Positions 25,549 to 37,980 of a stretch of DNA of 64,000 nt are shown one piece after another. The number at the start of each line of letters is the position of its first letter. Position 1 is the stretch's first letter. Where the stretch lies: contig OZ024762.1 in the NCBI GenBank assembly GCA_964016885.1, positions 744,001-808,000 on the forward strand. Direction: 5' to 3'. The notes under the pieces were generated by a model, which did no database searches, had not been told where the DNA came from, and was given only the letters and a program-made list of their open reading frames with translations. This DNA is from Eledone cirrhosa (Eukaryota). The position numbers were made by a program, and so were the translations under genes.

Positions 25549-25695
25549 TTATTTCTGAAGACGGCATATATATGTGTTTGGTATGTATATTTAATTTTGA
25601 TAGTTTGTATAATTTTGTATAATTTTGTACATAGATCTGTTGAATATGCATGCCAATTCTAACACATATATATCCTAGAAACGATCGTTAAATAA
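25549..25695 (+). ncRNA. Penelope 3' hammerhead motif with elongated stem II
   Basis: TTATTT-CTGAAGA-cggcATATATATGTGTT...AACACATATATAT-ccta-GAAA-CGATCG-TT-AAATAA. Confidence 0.6.
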
Positions 25696-25923
25696 TGAAC
25701 TTTTTTTGTTTAATATAAGGAACTGTTTCATTGTTTTATTCATTATTTTTTTAATATTTTATCTTGACTCTGTATTCCGTTTATCTTTCACCGAAAGTGA
25801 TTTTTCATTGCATCTCTTCTTTCCATGATATCCGGATTACATTGAGTTCTTCATACGGATTGGACACTACCGTAAACTCTTGGTAGATTTATCTACATAT
25901 ATATATATATACATATATATATG

Positions 25924-26067
<144 letters not shown>

Positions 26068-26111
26068 TATATACATATATATATATGTGCGTGTGTGTCT
26101 ATATATATAAT

Positions 26112-26268
26112 GATGGTTTATGATTTTAGCACAAGGACAGCAATTTAAAGGGAAGGGGAAGGAAAGTCAATTAAATCAACCCCAGTGTATTACTGGTACT
26201 TTATTTATCGACCCTGTAAGTATGAAAGGCAAAGCTGACCTCGGTGGGATTTGAACCCAGAATGTAAA
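26112..26268 (-). mobile_element. SINE family B copy
   Basis: CCCCAGTGTATTACTGGTACTTTATTTATCGACCC...ATGAAAGGCAAAGCTGACCTCGGTGGGATTTGAAC. Confidence 0.75.
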
Positions 26269-26563
26269 GGAAACAAAAACAATAAATAACCCCAGAATTC
26301 CCTCTATAACAGGAGTACAGTCCCTAGGAAAGTCCTAGGTTTGAAACAGTCCTGATACACCAAGAGTACTATAGTAAACTCTCTCTCTCACACACATGCT
26401 CTCTCTCTATCTTTCTCTCTCACTCTCTCCCTCTCCCCCTTTCTCTCTCTACATATATATATTTTATTTGTTTAGGATTGGTAAAATAGTTACGTCAATT
26501 CGTTAATGGTTTGTGACCAAACCCTTGTTACAATATATATATATGTGTGTGTGTGTATATATA

Positions 26564-26596
<33 letters not shown>

Positions 26597-26607
26597 GTGT
26601 GTGTGTG

Positions 26608-26638
<31 letters not shown>

Positions 26639-26676
26639 ATATATCTATATATATGTGTGTGTGTATATATATATGC

Positions 26677-26707
<31 letters not shown>

Positions 26708-27112
26708 ATGTGTGTGTGTGTGTATATATATGTGTGTGTGTGTATATATATATATGTGTGTGTGTGTGTATATATCTATATATGTGTGTGTGTGTATATA
26801 TATATATATGTGTGTGTGTATATATATATATGTGTGTGTATATATATGTGTGTGTATATATATGTGTGTGTATATATATTTATGTGTATATATATATATG
26901 TGTGTGTGTGTATATATATGTGTGTGTATATATATATATGTGTGTGTGTGTATATATATATATGTGTATGTGTGTGTATATATATTGAGGTCACACATTA
27001 GCAGCAATGTTATTGTTGTTGTTGATGTTGTTATGATTTTTGTTGATGTTGTTGTTGTTGTTGTTGTTACATTTGTTATTAGTCAAGGATATCTTGCTCA
27101 TCTGCTGACAGA

Positions 27113-28047
27113 CATAGGCCCTGACCAGATGTGAAATATAGACACAGGCCAGATGTAAAATATAGACACAGGCCAGATGTAAAATATAGACACAGGCCAG
27201 ATGTAAAATATAGGCCCAGACCAGATGTAAAATATAGGCCCAGACCAGATGTGAAATATAGACACAAACCAGATGTAAAATATAGACACAGGCCAGATGT
27301 AAAATATAGGCCCAGACCAGATGTAAAATATAAGCCCAGACCAGATGTAAAATATAGGCCCAGACCAGATGTGAAATATAGACACAAACCAGATGTAAAA
27401 TATAGACACAGGCCAGATGTAAAATATAGGCACAAACCAGATGTAAAATATAGACACAGGCCAGATGTAAAATATAGGCCCAGACCAGATGTGAAATGTA
27501 GACACAAACCAGATGTAAAATATAGACACGGGCCAGATGTAAAATATAGGCCCAGACCAGATGTAAAATATAGGCCCAGACCAGATGTGAAATATAGACA
27601 CAAACCAGACGTAAAATATAGACACAGGCCAGATGTAAAATATAGGCACAAACCATGTGTAAAATATAGACACAGGCCAGATGTAAAATATAGGCCCAGA
27701 CCAGATGTGAAATATAGACACAAACCAGATGTAAAATATAGACACGGGCCAGATGTAAAATATAGGCACAAACCAGATGTAAAATATAGGCACAAACCAG
27801 ATGTAAAATATAGGCACAAACCAGATGTAAAATATAGGTCGTGACCAGATGTGATATATAAGTCCGGGCCAGATGTGAAATATAGGCCCAGGCCAAATAT
27901 GAAATATAGGACCTGACCAGATGTGAAATATAGGTCCGAGCCAGATGTGAAATATAGGTCCTGACCAGATGTAGAATATAGACCCAGGCCAGATGTAAAA
28001 TATAGGCCCTGACCAGATGTGAAATATAGACCCAGGCCAGATGTAAA
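27113..28047. repeat. 24-bp minisatellite (CCAGATGTAAAATATAGRCMCARR)n, ~39 copies
   Basis: Directly visible; gives 8-aa periodic ORFs in several frames. Confidence 0.95.
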
Positions 28048-28391
28048 CAATCACATGTTGTTGTTGTATATTTAGGATTGGTTCAAATGTTAGGTCAATT
28101 GTTAAATAATCTGTGACTAAACCTTGCTGTGGTGATTAAATATAACGAGGTGACGGCACCGTCAACCTCATTAGTGTTGTTGTTGTGGTGGTGGTGGTGG
28201 TGGTGGTGATGGTGGTTGTTGTTGTTGTCATGGTTCTTACTGTTGTTGATGTTGTGGTTGTTTGCTTTTGATGTAGATGATGTTACTGTCATTATCATCA
28301 TTGTTTTTGTTGTTGTCATTCTATAGCCATGAAATTTCAAGGAAGGATGGACAAGCAAACAGGATGAAATATATATATATATATATACACG

Positions 28392-28447
<56 letters not shown>

Positions 28448-28837
28448 CATATGCATGTATACATATATATACACACATACATACAAACTTACATAAACAC
28501 AGAAATTTACACGCATACATTCATGGATTCACAAACATAGATATACACACACACACACATACAAACATACACACACACACACACACATACAAACATATAT
28601 ACACACTTAATAAGAATCTTTCTATTTCTTCAACAGTTACCTCATACGTCTCTCTGTTGTGTTTTCCTCACCTTACTTGGTGGACTTTTTCGCTCCAGTA
28701 TCGGTAAGTACATTTTTCAACTTTTTACTCTCCTGTTCAGTTGGTTCAAATGACCCCAAGTGAAGTCCAGGCATTCACCTGCTGAGGCCCTAACATACAT
28801 GGGGAAACCTTTTCATGTTGAAAGAATGCTGCATTAA

Positions 28838-30600
28838 CCTTTTAACATTTACATTACTCTATATTTACTATTGTATTTTCACAGTAAAGGCTTTACCTCA
28901 CATAATATCTCACATAACATTTACATTACTCTATATATACTATTGTATTTTCACAGTAAAGGCTTTACCTCACATAATATCTCACATAACATTTACATTA
29001 CTCTATATATACTATTGTATTTTCACAGTAAAGGCTTTACCTCACATAATATCTCACATAACATTTACATTACTCTATATATACTATTGTATTTTCACAG
29101 TAAAGGCTTTACCTCACATAATATCTCACATAACATTTACATTACTCTATATATACTATTGTATTTTCACAGTAAAGGCTTTACCTCACATAATATCTCA
29201 TAACATTTACATTACTCTATATATACTATTGTATTTTCACAGTAAAGGCTTTACCTCACATAATATCTCACATAACATTTACATTACTCTATATATACTA
29301 TTGTATTTTCACAGTAAAGGCTTTACCTCACATAATATCTCACATAACATTTACATTACTCTATATATACTATTGTATTTTCACAGTAAAGGCTTTACCT
29401 CACATAATATCTCACATAACATTTACATTACTCTATATATACTATTGTATTTTCACAGTAAAGGCTTTACCTCACATAATATCTCATAACATTTACATTA
29501 CTCTATATATACTATTGTATTTTCACAGTAAAGGCTTTACCTCACATAATATCTCACATAACATTTACATTACTCTATATATACTATTGTATTTTCACAG
29601 TAAAGGCTTTACCTCACATAATATCTCACATAACATTTACATTACTCTATATATACTATTGTATTTTCACAGTAAAGGCTTTACCTCACATAATATCTCA
29701 CATAACATTTACATTACTCTATATATACTATTGTATTTTCACAGTAAAGGCTTTACCTCACATAATATCTCACATAACATTTACATTACTCTATATATAC
29801 TATTGTATTTTCACAGTAAAGGCTTTACCTCACATAATATCTCACATAACATTTACATTACTCTATATATACTATTGTATTTTCACAGTAAAGGCTTTAC
29901 CTCACATAACATCTCACATAACATTTACATTACTCTATATATACTATTGTATTTTCACAGTAAAGGCTTTACCTCACATAATATCTCACATAACATTTAC
30001 ATTACTCTATATATATACTATTGTATTGTCACAGTAAAGGCTTTACCTCACATAATATCTCACATAACATTTACATTACTCTATATATACTATTGTATTG
30101 TCACAGTAAAGGCTTTACCTCACATAATATCTCACATAACATTTACATTACTTTATATATACTATTGTATTTTCACAGTAAAGGCTTTACCTCACATAAC
30201 ATCTCACATAACATTTACATTACTCTATATATACTATTGTATTTTCACAGTAAAGGCTTTACCTCACATAATATCACACATAACATTTACATTACTCTAT
30301 ATATACTATTGTATTTTCACAGTAAAGGCTTTACCTCACATAATATCTCACATAACATTTACATTACTCTATATTTACTATTGTATTTTCACAGTAAAGG
30401 CTTTACCTCACATAATATCTCGCATAACATTTACATTACTCTATATATACTATTGTATTTTCACAGTAAAGGCTTTACCTCACATAATATCGAATCTATG
30501 AGATTTGATATTATTTATTTTGAGAACAATACCTTAACATTAGTATGAGTGGCTGGTTACTGCCGGTTTGTACAGAAAAAGGTGAGAGAATTCTGACCAG
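28838..30600 (+). mobile_element. piggyBac-type MITE with an internal 72-bp unit amplified ~23 times
   Basis: Starts TTAA-CCTTTTAACATTTACATTACTC. After the array it resumes ATCGAATCTATGAGATTTGATATT...GAGAGAATTCTG, as in the short copy at 23358-23530. Confidence 0.8.
28845..30490. repeat. 72-bp tandem array
   Basis: ACATTTACATTACTCTATATATACTATTGTATTTTCACAGTAAAGGCTTTACCTCACATAATATCTCACATA; units are near-identical. Confidence 0.97.
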
Positions 30601-30649
30601 AGCTGTTTCACACACACACATATACACACACTATATACACACACTATGA

Positions 30650-30985
30650 GCTCATGGCTCAGTGGTTAGAGCATTGGCCTTGCAATCGAAAGGTTGTGAG
30701 TTCAATTCTCAGACCGGGTGATGTGTTGTTTCCTTGAGCAAGACACCTTATTTCACATTGCTCCAGTTTACTCAGCTGTAGAAATGAGATGATAGGACTG
30801 GGGTCCCTATCATTCCACTGCAAAGTGGTCGTGCAGGCACCACTGCAAAAAAAAGCACCCAGCAGCACTCACTGTAAATGAGGTTGGTGTTAGGAAGGGC
30901 ATCCAGCTGTAGAAATCAAGCCAGAATCAGTTCCAGTCCCACCCTTGCAAGCAGGGAAAAAGCGGACGTAAAATGAAATGATGAT
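30650..30985 (+). mobile_element. SINE family A, full length
   Basis: A box TGGCTCAGTGG, B box GAGTTCAATTC, central CCTTGAGCAAGACAC...TTGCTCC, then an RTE-like tail GTCCCACCCTTGCAAGCAGGGAAAAAGCGGACGTAAAATG and (GAT)n. Confidence 0.88.
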
Positions 30986-31587
30986 ACACACCATATATAT
31001 ACACTATATATACACACCATATATATACACTATATATGACTGAATGAAAGTCTCTATGAATGAACAACTGATAAAATATTTTGCTTATTCATTTCACCTG
31101 TTTTATTTTTGTATTGTTTAGTTTGTTTTCCTGTTTTTTTTTATTTGGAATTTCAGTGAATGTACACCTTACCTTAGTACACCACACCACCACCACAGTA
31201 CACCACACCACCATACCACCACTACACTTTAGTACACCACCACACCACACCACCACACCTTAGTACATCACAGTACACTACCACCACACCACCACCACTT
31301 TACCTTAGCCCACCCTACAACCACCTTATCTTACTCCACCAACACCTCACCTCACCTTACCACACCACACCACACATGTGACTACACAAGCAGGTGAGAG
31401 TTTATTCAAGGTTTTTTGATAATTTCATTTGATATAACCATATATATATATATACATACATACATATATATATACATATATATACATATATATATATATA
31501 TATACATATATATACATATATATATATATATACATATATATATACATATATATATATATATAAATACATACATATATATATATATAC

Positions 31588-31648
<61 letters not shown>

Positions 31649-31757
31649 CATATATATACATATATATATATATATACATATATATACATATATATATATA
31701 TATACATATATATACATATATATATATATATACATATATATACATATATCTATATAC

Positions 31758-31814
<57 letters not shown>

Positions 31815-31863
31815 TATACATACATATATATATATATACATATACATACATACATATATATAT

Positions 31864-31929
<66 letters not shown>

Positions 31930-32204
31930 CTTTTTCATTTCATGAGAAAAGAAACTTGCGTCTTGTATGTTGTACCCTCACGACTGTCGAAGCAGTTACT
32001 GTGCAGGCGTTAGTACAGTTAGTACTATACTAATGTTAATACTCTACTGGTGTTAGGACAGTTACTACTGTAGTGGACATTATAGTGGACAATGCTGGCT
32101 TACTAAGTTTGTTTTACTTTGTGTGGTCAGAGCAAGAAGTGTCAAAGACTAAATTTGTCAGCTCAACAAACGGTAAGTTGTAATTATTTTATTTGTGAGA
32201 ATGG

Positions 32205-32692
32205 TCCACATATTGTAGGGCTAACCTAGGGTGTTAAATACCCAGGTAAACATTGTAGAGCTAACCTAGGGTGTTAAATACCCAGGTAAACATCGTAGGG
32301 TAACCTAGGGTGTTAAATACCCAGGTAAACATTGTAGGGCTAACCTAGGGTGTTAAATACCCAGGTAAACATTGTAGGGCTAACCCAGGGTGTTAAATAC
32401 CCAGGTACATATTGTAGGACTAACCTACACCATTAAATACCCAGCTACACATTGTATGACTAACCTAGGCTACTAAATACCCAGATAAATATTGTAGGGC
32501 TAACCTAGGGTACTAAATACCCAGGTACTCATTGTAGAGTTAACCTAGAGTACTAAATACGCAAGTACACATTGTAGAGCTAACCTAGGGTACTAAATAC
32601 TCAGGTACACATTGTAGAGCTTGCCTAGGGTACTAAATACTCAGGTACATATTGTAGGAGTAGCCTAGGGCATTAAATACCCAGGTACACAT
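32205..32692. repeat. 40-bp minisatellite (CATTGTAGGGCTAACCTAGGGTGTTAAATACCCAGGTAAA)n, ~12 copies
   Basis: Units at 32211, 32251 and onward; they diverge toward the right. Confidence 0.92.
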
Positions 32693-33514
32693 ATAAAACA
32701 TTACCCACATATGTACACAGGTGCTTGACTTACCTAAAAGCTAAATAAGCTACAGCCCAAGGGCCACACACTCTCAGGGAGGGCCTTATTTTTAAAATAT
32801 GTTTTTTATTTTTCTATACAACAAATCAAATAAATTCATTATTTACTTAAAAGGAACGTTTGCAACTAATTATATTTTGTAATTGTTAATAAATAATAAT
32901 CATTTGTAATTATTTAAAAAAATGTTACCTGAATATTTTTTAGAGAAGGGCCTTGAATTTCATATAGCTTAGGGGGACCCTCAGTAGGTTAAAAGCTGAC
33001 CCTTGTGTACAGATATTTAAAAGGAAGTAACAATCACGCGAAAGCAACTACACTAAAGTTTTTGTGAATCAGATATATTATGTCAGTGTGACCTGCTTCA
33101 GGATAAATACTAAAACTACTTAAAATATGTCCCCTAGTTTTACAATACAAACCTGTTTTAATTTAGTCTAAAAACCTTTCATTATAGTTTTATGGTTGAC
33201 TTTGCCTTTCATCCTTACGGGGTCGATAAAATAAAGTTCCAGTAATGCACTGGGTAATTGCTGGCCTTGTGCCTAAAATAGAAACAATTATAGTTTTATG
33301 TAAGAACCTTTGTTAAGTTATATTCCAAACCACCAGAAACTACCCCTAGTTTTACAATACAATATTTTTAAAGTGTTTATATTTATCTAAAAACTTTTCT
33401 TCATAACTTTATGTGAGAACCTTTGTTAAGTTATGTTCCAACCCCTCCTGGGCCTACAATACAAAAACTGTTTATTTTTAAATGTTTATATTAATCTAAA
33501 AACTTGAAGTGAAG

Positions 33515-33688
33515 GACACGATCATTGTATGGATCTGTCTGATTCTAGAACTGCAGGTTCGTCGGACACTGGCAATAATTTCTGAACAAATTTTCTCATT
33601 TTTCGGAGAAAATTTGTTCCGAAATTATTGCCAGTGTCCGACGAACCTGCAGTTCTAGAATCAGACAGATCCATACAATGATCGTGTC
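33515..33688. repeat. Near-perfect 174-bp palindrome (hairpin or MITE)
   Basis: GACACGATCATTGTATGGATCTGTCTG...TTTTCTC, a short loop, then GAGAAAA...CAGACAGATCCATACAATGATCGTGTC. Arms are ~83 bp; I see one mismatch. Confidence 0.95.
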
Positions 33689-33879
33689 TCGAGCTGTCTG
33701 CCGGCGAAACAATTGTAACACAATAAATTGAGTCCAGATGCATGACTGATTTTTCGTTTTACATTATATATATATATATTAAATAGCTCTGTACTATACA
33801 TAGAACACTCTTCTTTCTTTTTCTACAGAAATACTTAACACACACAAAAACACGCACACATATATATATATCAACTCAA

Positions 33880-34105
33880 AAGTTGCACAGAGGAGATTGG
33901 GGTTAGCTGGACATGCTCACTGACATCCAGAGTTGACACTGCACTCAGTGTTCCTGTGGGAGCCCCTGCATGGACACACTGGGAGAGGGAGACCGAGGTT
34001 GACATATGTTGATGCCCTAAGGACAGACACTGGTCTCTTGGAGACATGGCAGCGATGATGAGGGACAGAGACCGCTGGAGAGAACTCGTCCATGGATCTC
34101 GGGAA
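33880..34105 (+). mobile_element. RTE/RTEX-like LINE 3' fragment (third family)
   Basis: RRLGLAGHAH*HPELTLHSVFLWEPLHGHTGRGRPRLTYVDALRTDTGL, a frameshift, then DMAAMMRDRDRWRELV. Confidence 0.75.
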
Positions 34106-34283
34106 TTTTACCCACCCTAGACATATGTATATATATATATATACGTGCATGTGTGTATATCATGACTCATACACTGTTCACTTCCCTGACATTTGTACAT
34201 TATTCTATGTACTATACATGCACCTTTGATGAGTTGTAGTGCACCTGAGCACTGTACACAATAGTTTTCAATATTATTTTAAT

Positions 34284-34595
34284 GGAGGCATATGGCTTAG
34301 TGGTTAGAGCATTGGCCTTGCAATCGAAAGGTTGTGAGTTCAATTCTCAGACCGGGTGATGTGTTGTTTCTTTGAGCAAGACACTTTATTTCACATTGCT
34401 CCAGTTTACTCAGCTGTAGAAATGAGATGTAAAGTGGTCGTGGAGGTGCCATGGCAAAAAAGCACCCAGCACTCACTGTAAATGAGGTTGGTGTTAGGAA
34501 GGGCATCCAGCTGTAGAAATCAAGCCAGAATCAGTTCCCGTCCCACCCTTGCAAGCAGGGAAAAGCAGACGTAAAATGATGATGATGATGATGAT
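34284..34595 (+). mobile_element. SINE family A, near full length
   Basis: GGAGGCATATGGCTTAGTGGTTAGAGC...GACGTAAAATGATGATGATG. Confidence 0.88.
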
Positions 34596-34835
34596 GTGAT
34601 TTTATAACCACTGGTTCTCCAAGCCAGTGTCATCATCACCATAATAATAATAATAATAATAATAATGGTTTCTGATTTAGGCACAAGGCCAACAATTTTG
34701 CGGGGAGGGTGAAGTCGATTAAAACGACCCCAGTGTATTACTGCTACTTTATTTTATCTACGCTCTACCCTGGACTCACACACACACACACACACATATA
34801 CATATATACTTACATGTATATATGTATATATATAT

Positions 34836-35310
34836 AGGTTTAGGGAGCTGCTTCCTCTGCTGACGAAGAAGGGTTTCTCCCTGCGTACGAAAGGCTGGTT
34901 ATATGATGCCTGTGTGAGGAGCGCGATGCTGCGTGCTGGTGGGACATGGGCAGCAAATGCAGAGGATATGCGACGGCTGGAGAGAGGTGAGGCAATGTCA
35001 GTGTGCGTGAACAACCCAGCATGGATGTGTTGAGAGAGAAACTGTGTCTGAGAGGGATAGAATGTAGTGTGTGGGAGAGGAGACTGAGGTGGTATGGACA
35101 TGTGATGCGCATGGAGGATGACCGATGGGTGAAGAAGTGCCAGGAAATGCCAGTTGAAGGAAGACGGGGTAGAGGTAGACCACGAAAAACATGGGCGGAG
35201 GTGGTGAGAACAGACCTCAGATCGCTGAAGCTCACGGGGAAGATGACGAAGGACCGTGACAAGTGGAGAGATGCTGGGCTGAATAAGACCCGTCCCACTC
35301 TTGCAAGCAC
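34836..35310 (+). mobile_element. 5'-truncated RTE LINE (RT C-terminal region)
   Basis: RFRELLPLLTKKGFSLRTKGWLYDACVRSAML...TWAANAEDMRRLER, a frameshift, then LREKLCLRGI...RRLRWYGHVMRMEDDRWVKKC...GRRGRGRPRKTW...DRDKWR. Confidence 0.9.
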
Positions 35311-35579
35311 CAACCACATTTACAGTGTGGAACTGGGAACTTTTTACCGTGTTACCTACACGGCCACATTACAGCGTGGACTGTGTGTGTTTTATATATA
35401 TATATATACTTACATGTGTATACATACACCCATATGTGTGTATGTTAATATATTTATATATATAATTATGATAGAAATGGCTTTTACAGGACTAGACTAG
35501 AACTGTTTCTTTAGAGTGAAACAGTTCTAGTCCTGTAGGAGTTATTCCTATGTGAAATAAAGTTGCATATAAATGCATA

Positions 35580-35626
<47 letters not shown>

Positions 35627-36519
35627 ACATATATAACCAACAGGTGCGTATGTTTTTATTGGCAGCATGACCCTCCCAAAGTATAATAATTATATATATA
35701 TATAAACATACCATATACATATTATAGTCGGGGTGTTGTCAAAAGGGCAAGAGCTCAACCGTCGGGCCCCGACTCTAATATATTTACACTTTACTTTCCC
35801 AGTTCGCCCCTGAATAATGATCTTACTAATTTAAAACTGGTAAAATCCCAATCTATATATATACATGCGTGTATATATGTATGTATATATGTGTGTATAT
35901 ATGTATATGTATATATGTGTGTATAACTGTGTATATATATATATGTATATATGTGTGTATACATATATAAAGTTACTAGTTGTTTGTTAAATACATTCAT
36001 AAAAATATAAATACTTATGATGAAATTTGTGTCTAGATTTAGCAACTCTCTCTCTCTCCCTCTATCTATCTACCTCCTCTCCCCTATCTATTTAACTACA
36101 CACCTCTCTCTCTATATCTTCTCTATCTATCTAACTATGCCACTCTATCTATCTACCTATGCTACCTATCTATGCTTCTCTCTATCTAAACCACCCATTC
36201 CTTCCCTCTCCCCGCCACCCATTTCCCTACTTTGATACCACAATGATTCAGCTGGCAATAAACTGACCAACGAAGATAACAGCAAAATAAGAGAGTACTC
36301 TGCTATCAGATAAACACATTTATACAGTGTCTAACTCTTTATACACACGTCTCTGTCTTTATACACACATGTGTGTGTGTATAGACATGTGTCTGTCTGT
36401 GTGTGTGGGGGAGGGGATGGGAAAATAATTTAACTAAAACTTTAGCATATGTACTAAAACACACATTTTTTGTTTGTTTCATTTATTAACTATATAATAT
36501 GTATGTATGTATATTTAAT

Positions 36520-36705
36520 ATAATGGCTTCTACAGGACTAGGACTGTTTTATTCGGAGGAAATCATCCATAAAATTTTCCTGATGATTTCCTCCGAATGA
36601 AACAGTTCTAGTCCTGTAGAAGCCATTTCTATATAAATATTTATACTCTGCTATGTATTGAGTACCTTACTTACTGTGGTTACCCCCGATTGAACCTGGG
36701 ATAAA
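36520..36705. mobile_element. Foldback element with degenerate hammerhead-like core and GTATTGAGTAC tail module
   Basis: ATGGCTTCTACAGGACTAG..GTTTTATTCGGAGGAAATCATC mirrors CTGATGATTTCCTCCGAATGAAACAGTTCTAGTCCTGTAGAAGCCAT. It continues ACTCTGCTATGTATTGAGTACCTTAC...GATTGAACCTGGG into (TA)n. Confidence 0.65.
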
Positions 36706-36765
36706 CATATATATATATATATACAATATATTAACAAATGGAAATTATATTTATAAAACCATATT

Positions 36766-36831
36766 TATTTCATTATACATATTTCAAGGGCCACCAAAGC
36801 AGATTATGGTGCGCTTTCATCAGATAAAATA
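36766..36831 (-). ncRNA. Minimal type-I hammerhead ribozyme motif
   Basis: Minus strand reads TATTTTAT-CTGATGA-AAGCGCACCA-TAATCTGCTT-TGGTGGCCCTT-GAAA-TATGTA-TA-ATGAAATA. Confidence 0.7.
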
Positions 36832-37103
36832 TAATATAGATTAGTTTTATAAATAAATATTGACAAACCCTGAAAAAAGGCAACCTTCACGGTTGGAGTC
36901 TCCTGGATAGATAATATTTTGCTTGTATCCCAACAAATTAAATATAACCTCTACATATATATATATATATACTTATATATGTATGCACACACGTATGTGT
37001 GTGCGTGTGTGTAAAAGGTAAACATATATATATATAAACATATATATACTGTTTATATTAATTCAAAATATTAACAAAATAGATATTCTTGTGATCAAGT
37101 ATA

Positions 37104-37158
37104 TTTTATTATACATATTTCAGATTTAAGTTCAACAGTACGTCCTCGTCAGATAAAA
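37104..37158 (-). ncRNA. Degenerate hammerhead motif (paralogue of 20311-20365)
   Basis: Minus strand reads TTTTAT-CTGACGA-GGACGTACTGTTGAACTTAAATCT-GAAA-TATGTA-TA-ATAAAA. Stem II is eroded. Confidence 0.55.
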
Positions 37159-37214
37159 AAGATGATGCATGACATACCCTGACATAGTAGATGGTTAAGA
37201 TTCAGTAATATATA

Positions 37215-37254
<40 letters not shown>

Positions 37255-37563
37255 GTATAAAGTTTACCATATGTACTAAAACACGCACGTATGTATGTAT
37301 ATATGTGTGTGTGTAATTTAGTACATATGTTAAATTTTATATATGTATGTATATATATATATATATATATATTTAGGTACATATACAATATAATGTATGT
37401 AGTATAACTATTTTTCTTGTCAATGAGTCAAACAGACGATAAGTCATCTTGGTATTTTTGTTGTCAAAGTTTTCAAAGTTAGTCATGCATTAAAAAAGTC
37501 TAAGGTTTGTAAGAAAACACGCACTGTGTGTGTATGTATATATATATGAGTGTGTGTGTATGT

Positions 37564-37604
<41 letters not shown>

Positions 37605-37849
37605 CATGTGCGTGTGTATCTGTATGTATATATAATAGGAAGTGCGTGTGTGTGACATGGCTGTGAATATATGTTTGTGTATGTGTATATATATATATAA
37701 AATATTGTGTATATATGTATGTATATATGAATGTAACTGTGTATATGTGTATGTAACTATATATATGTGTGTGTGTATATGTATGTATACATTCATACAT
37801 TTTCCTGTCTTCTGAAAAGAAAGGAAAGGAAAGAAAGAGTACAATGGTG

Positions 37850-37980
37850 GTTGCGACGTACTGGGTGGGCGGTGGCGGTGGTAGGTAGGGGGGAGTAACT
37901 CTAGTGCGATCACGTGACTGGCGAATGTCGTGACGTCATGTCGGTAATAGTTTACTACGCTACGGCGGCCATGTTGCTTT
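37850..37980 (+). promoter_or_regulatory. Probable Pol II promoter (CpG-rich motif cluster)
   Basis: GC box TGGGCGG (~37866), E-box/CLEAR-like TCACGTGAC (37910-37918), full CRE TGACGTCA (37931-37938) and YY1-like GGCGGCCATGTT (37964-37975), all within ~110 bp in CpG-poor surroundings. Confidence 0.6.

Larger units (their letters stand above)
24920..25890 (+). mobile_element. 5'-truncated Penelope-like retroelement (GIY-YIG end, 3' UTR and hammerhead)
   Basis: GIY-YIG ORF, a 24-bp perfect foldback at the 5' junction, a hammerhead core in the 3' UTR, and a 3' end at a (TA)n tract. Confidence 0.85.

Noticed and set aside
24961-25560. Selenoprotein or SECIS possibility for the Penelope-like ORF
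   Set aside because: No in-frame TGA in the surviving ORF and no SECIS recognisable by eye.
26991-30548. 300-aa periodic ORFs (KYRHRPDV; ITFTLLYIYYC...)
   Set aside because: The 24- and 72-bp units are multiples of 3, so several frames stay open. The 72-bp array frameshifts freely and derives from a MITE.
30650-30720. SINE A heads as additional tRNA genes (also 34290, 7530, 46755, 63300)
   Set aside because: No closing acceptor stem; they run directly into SINE body and LINE-like tail.
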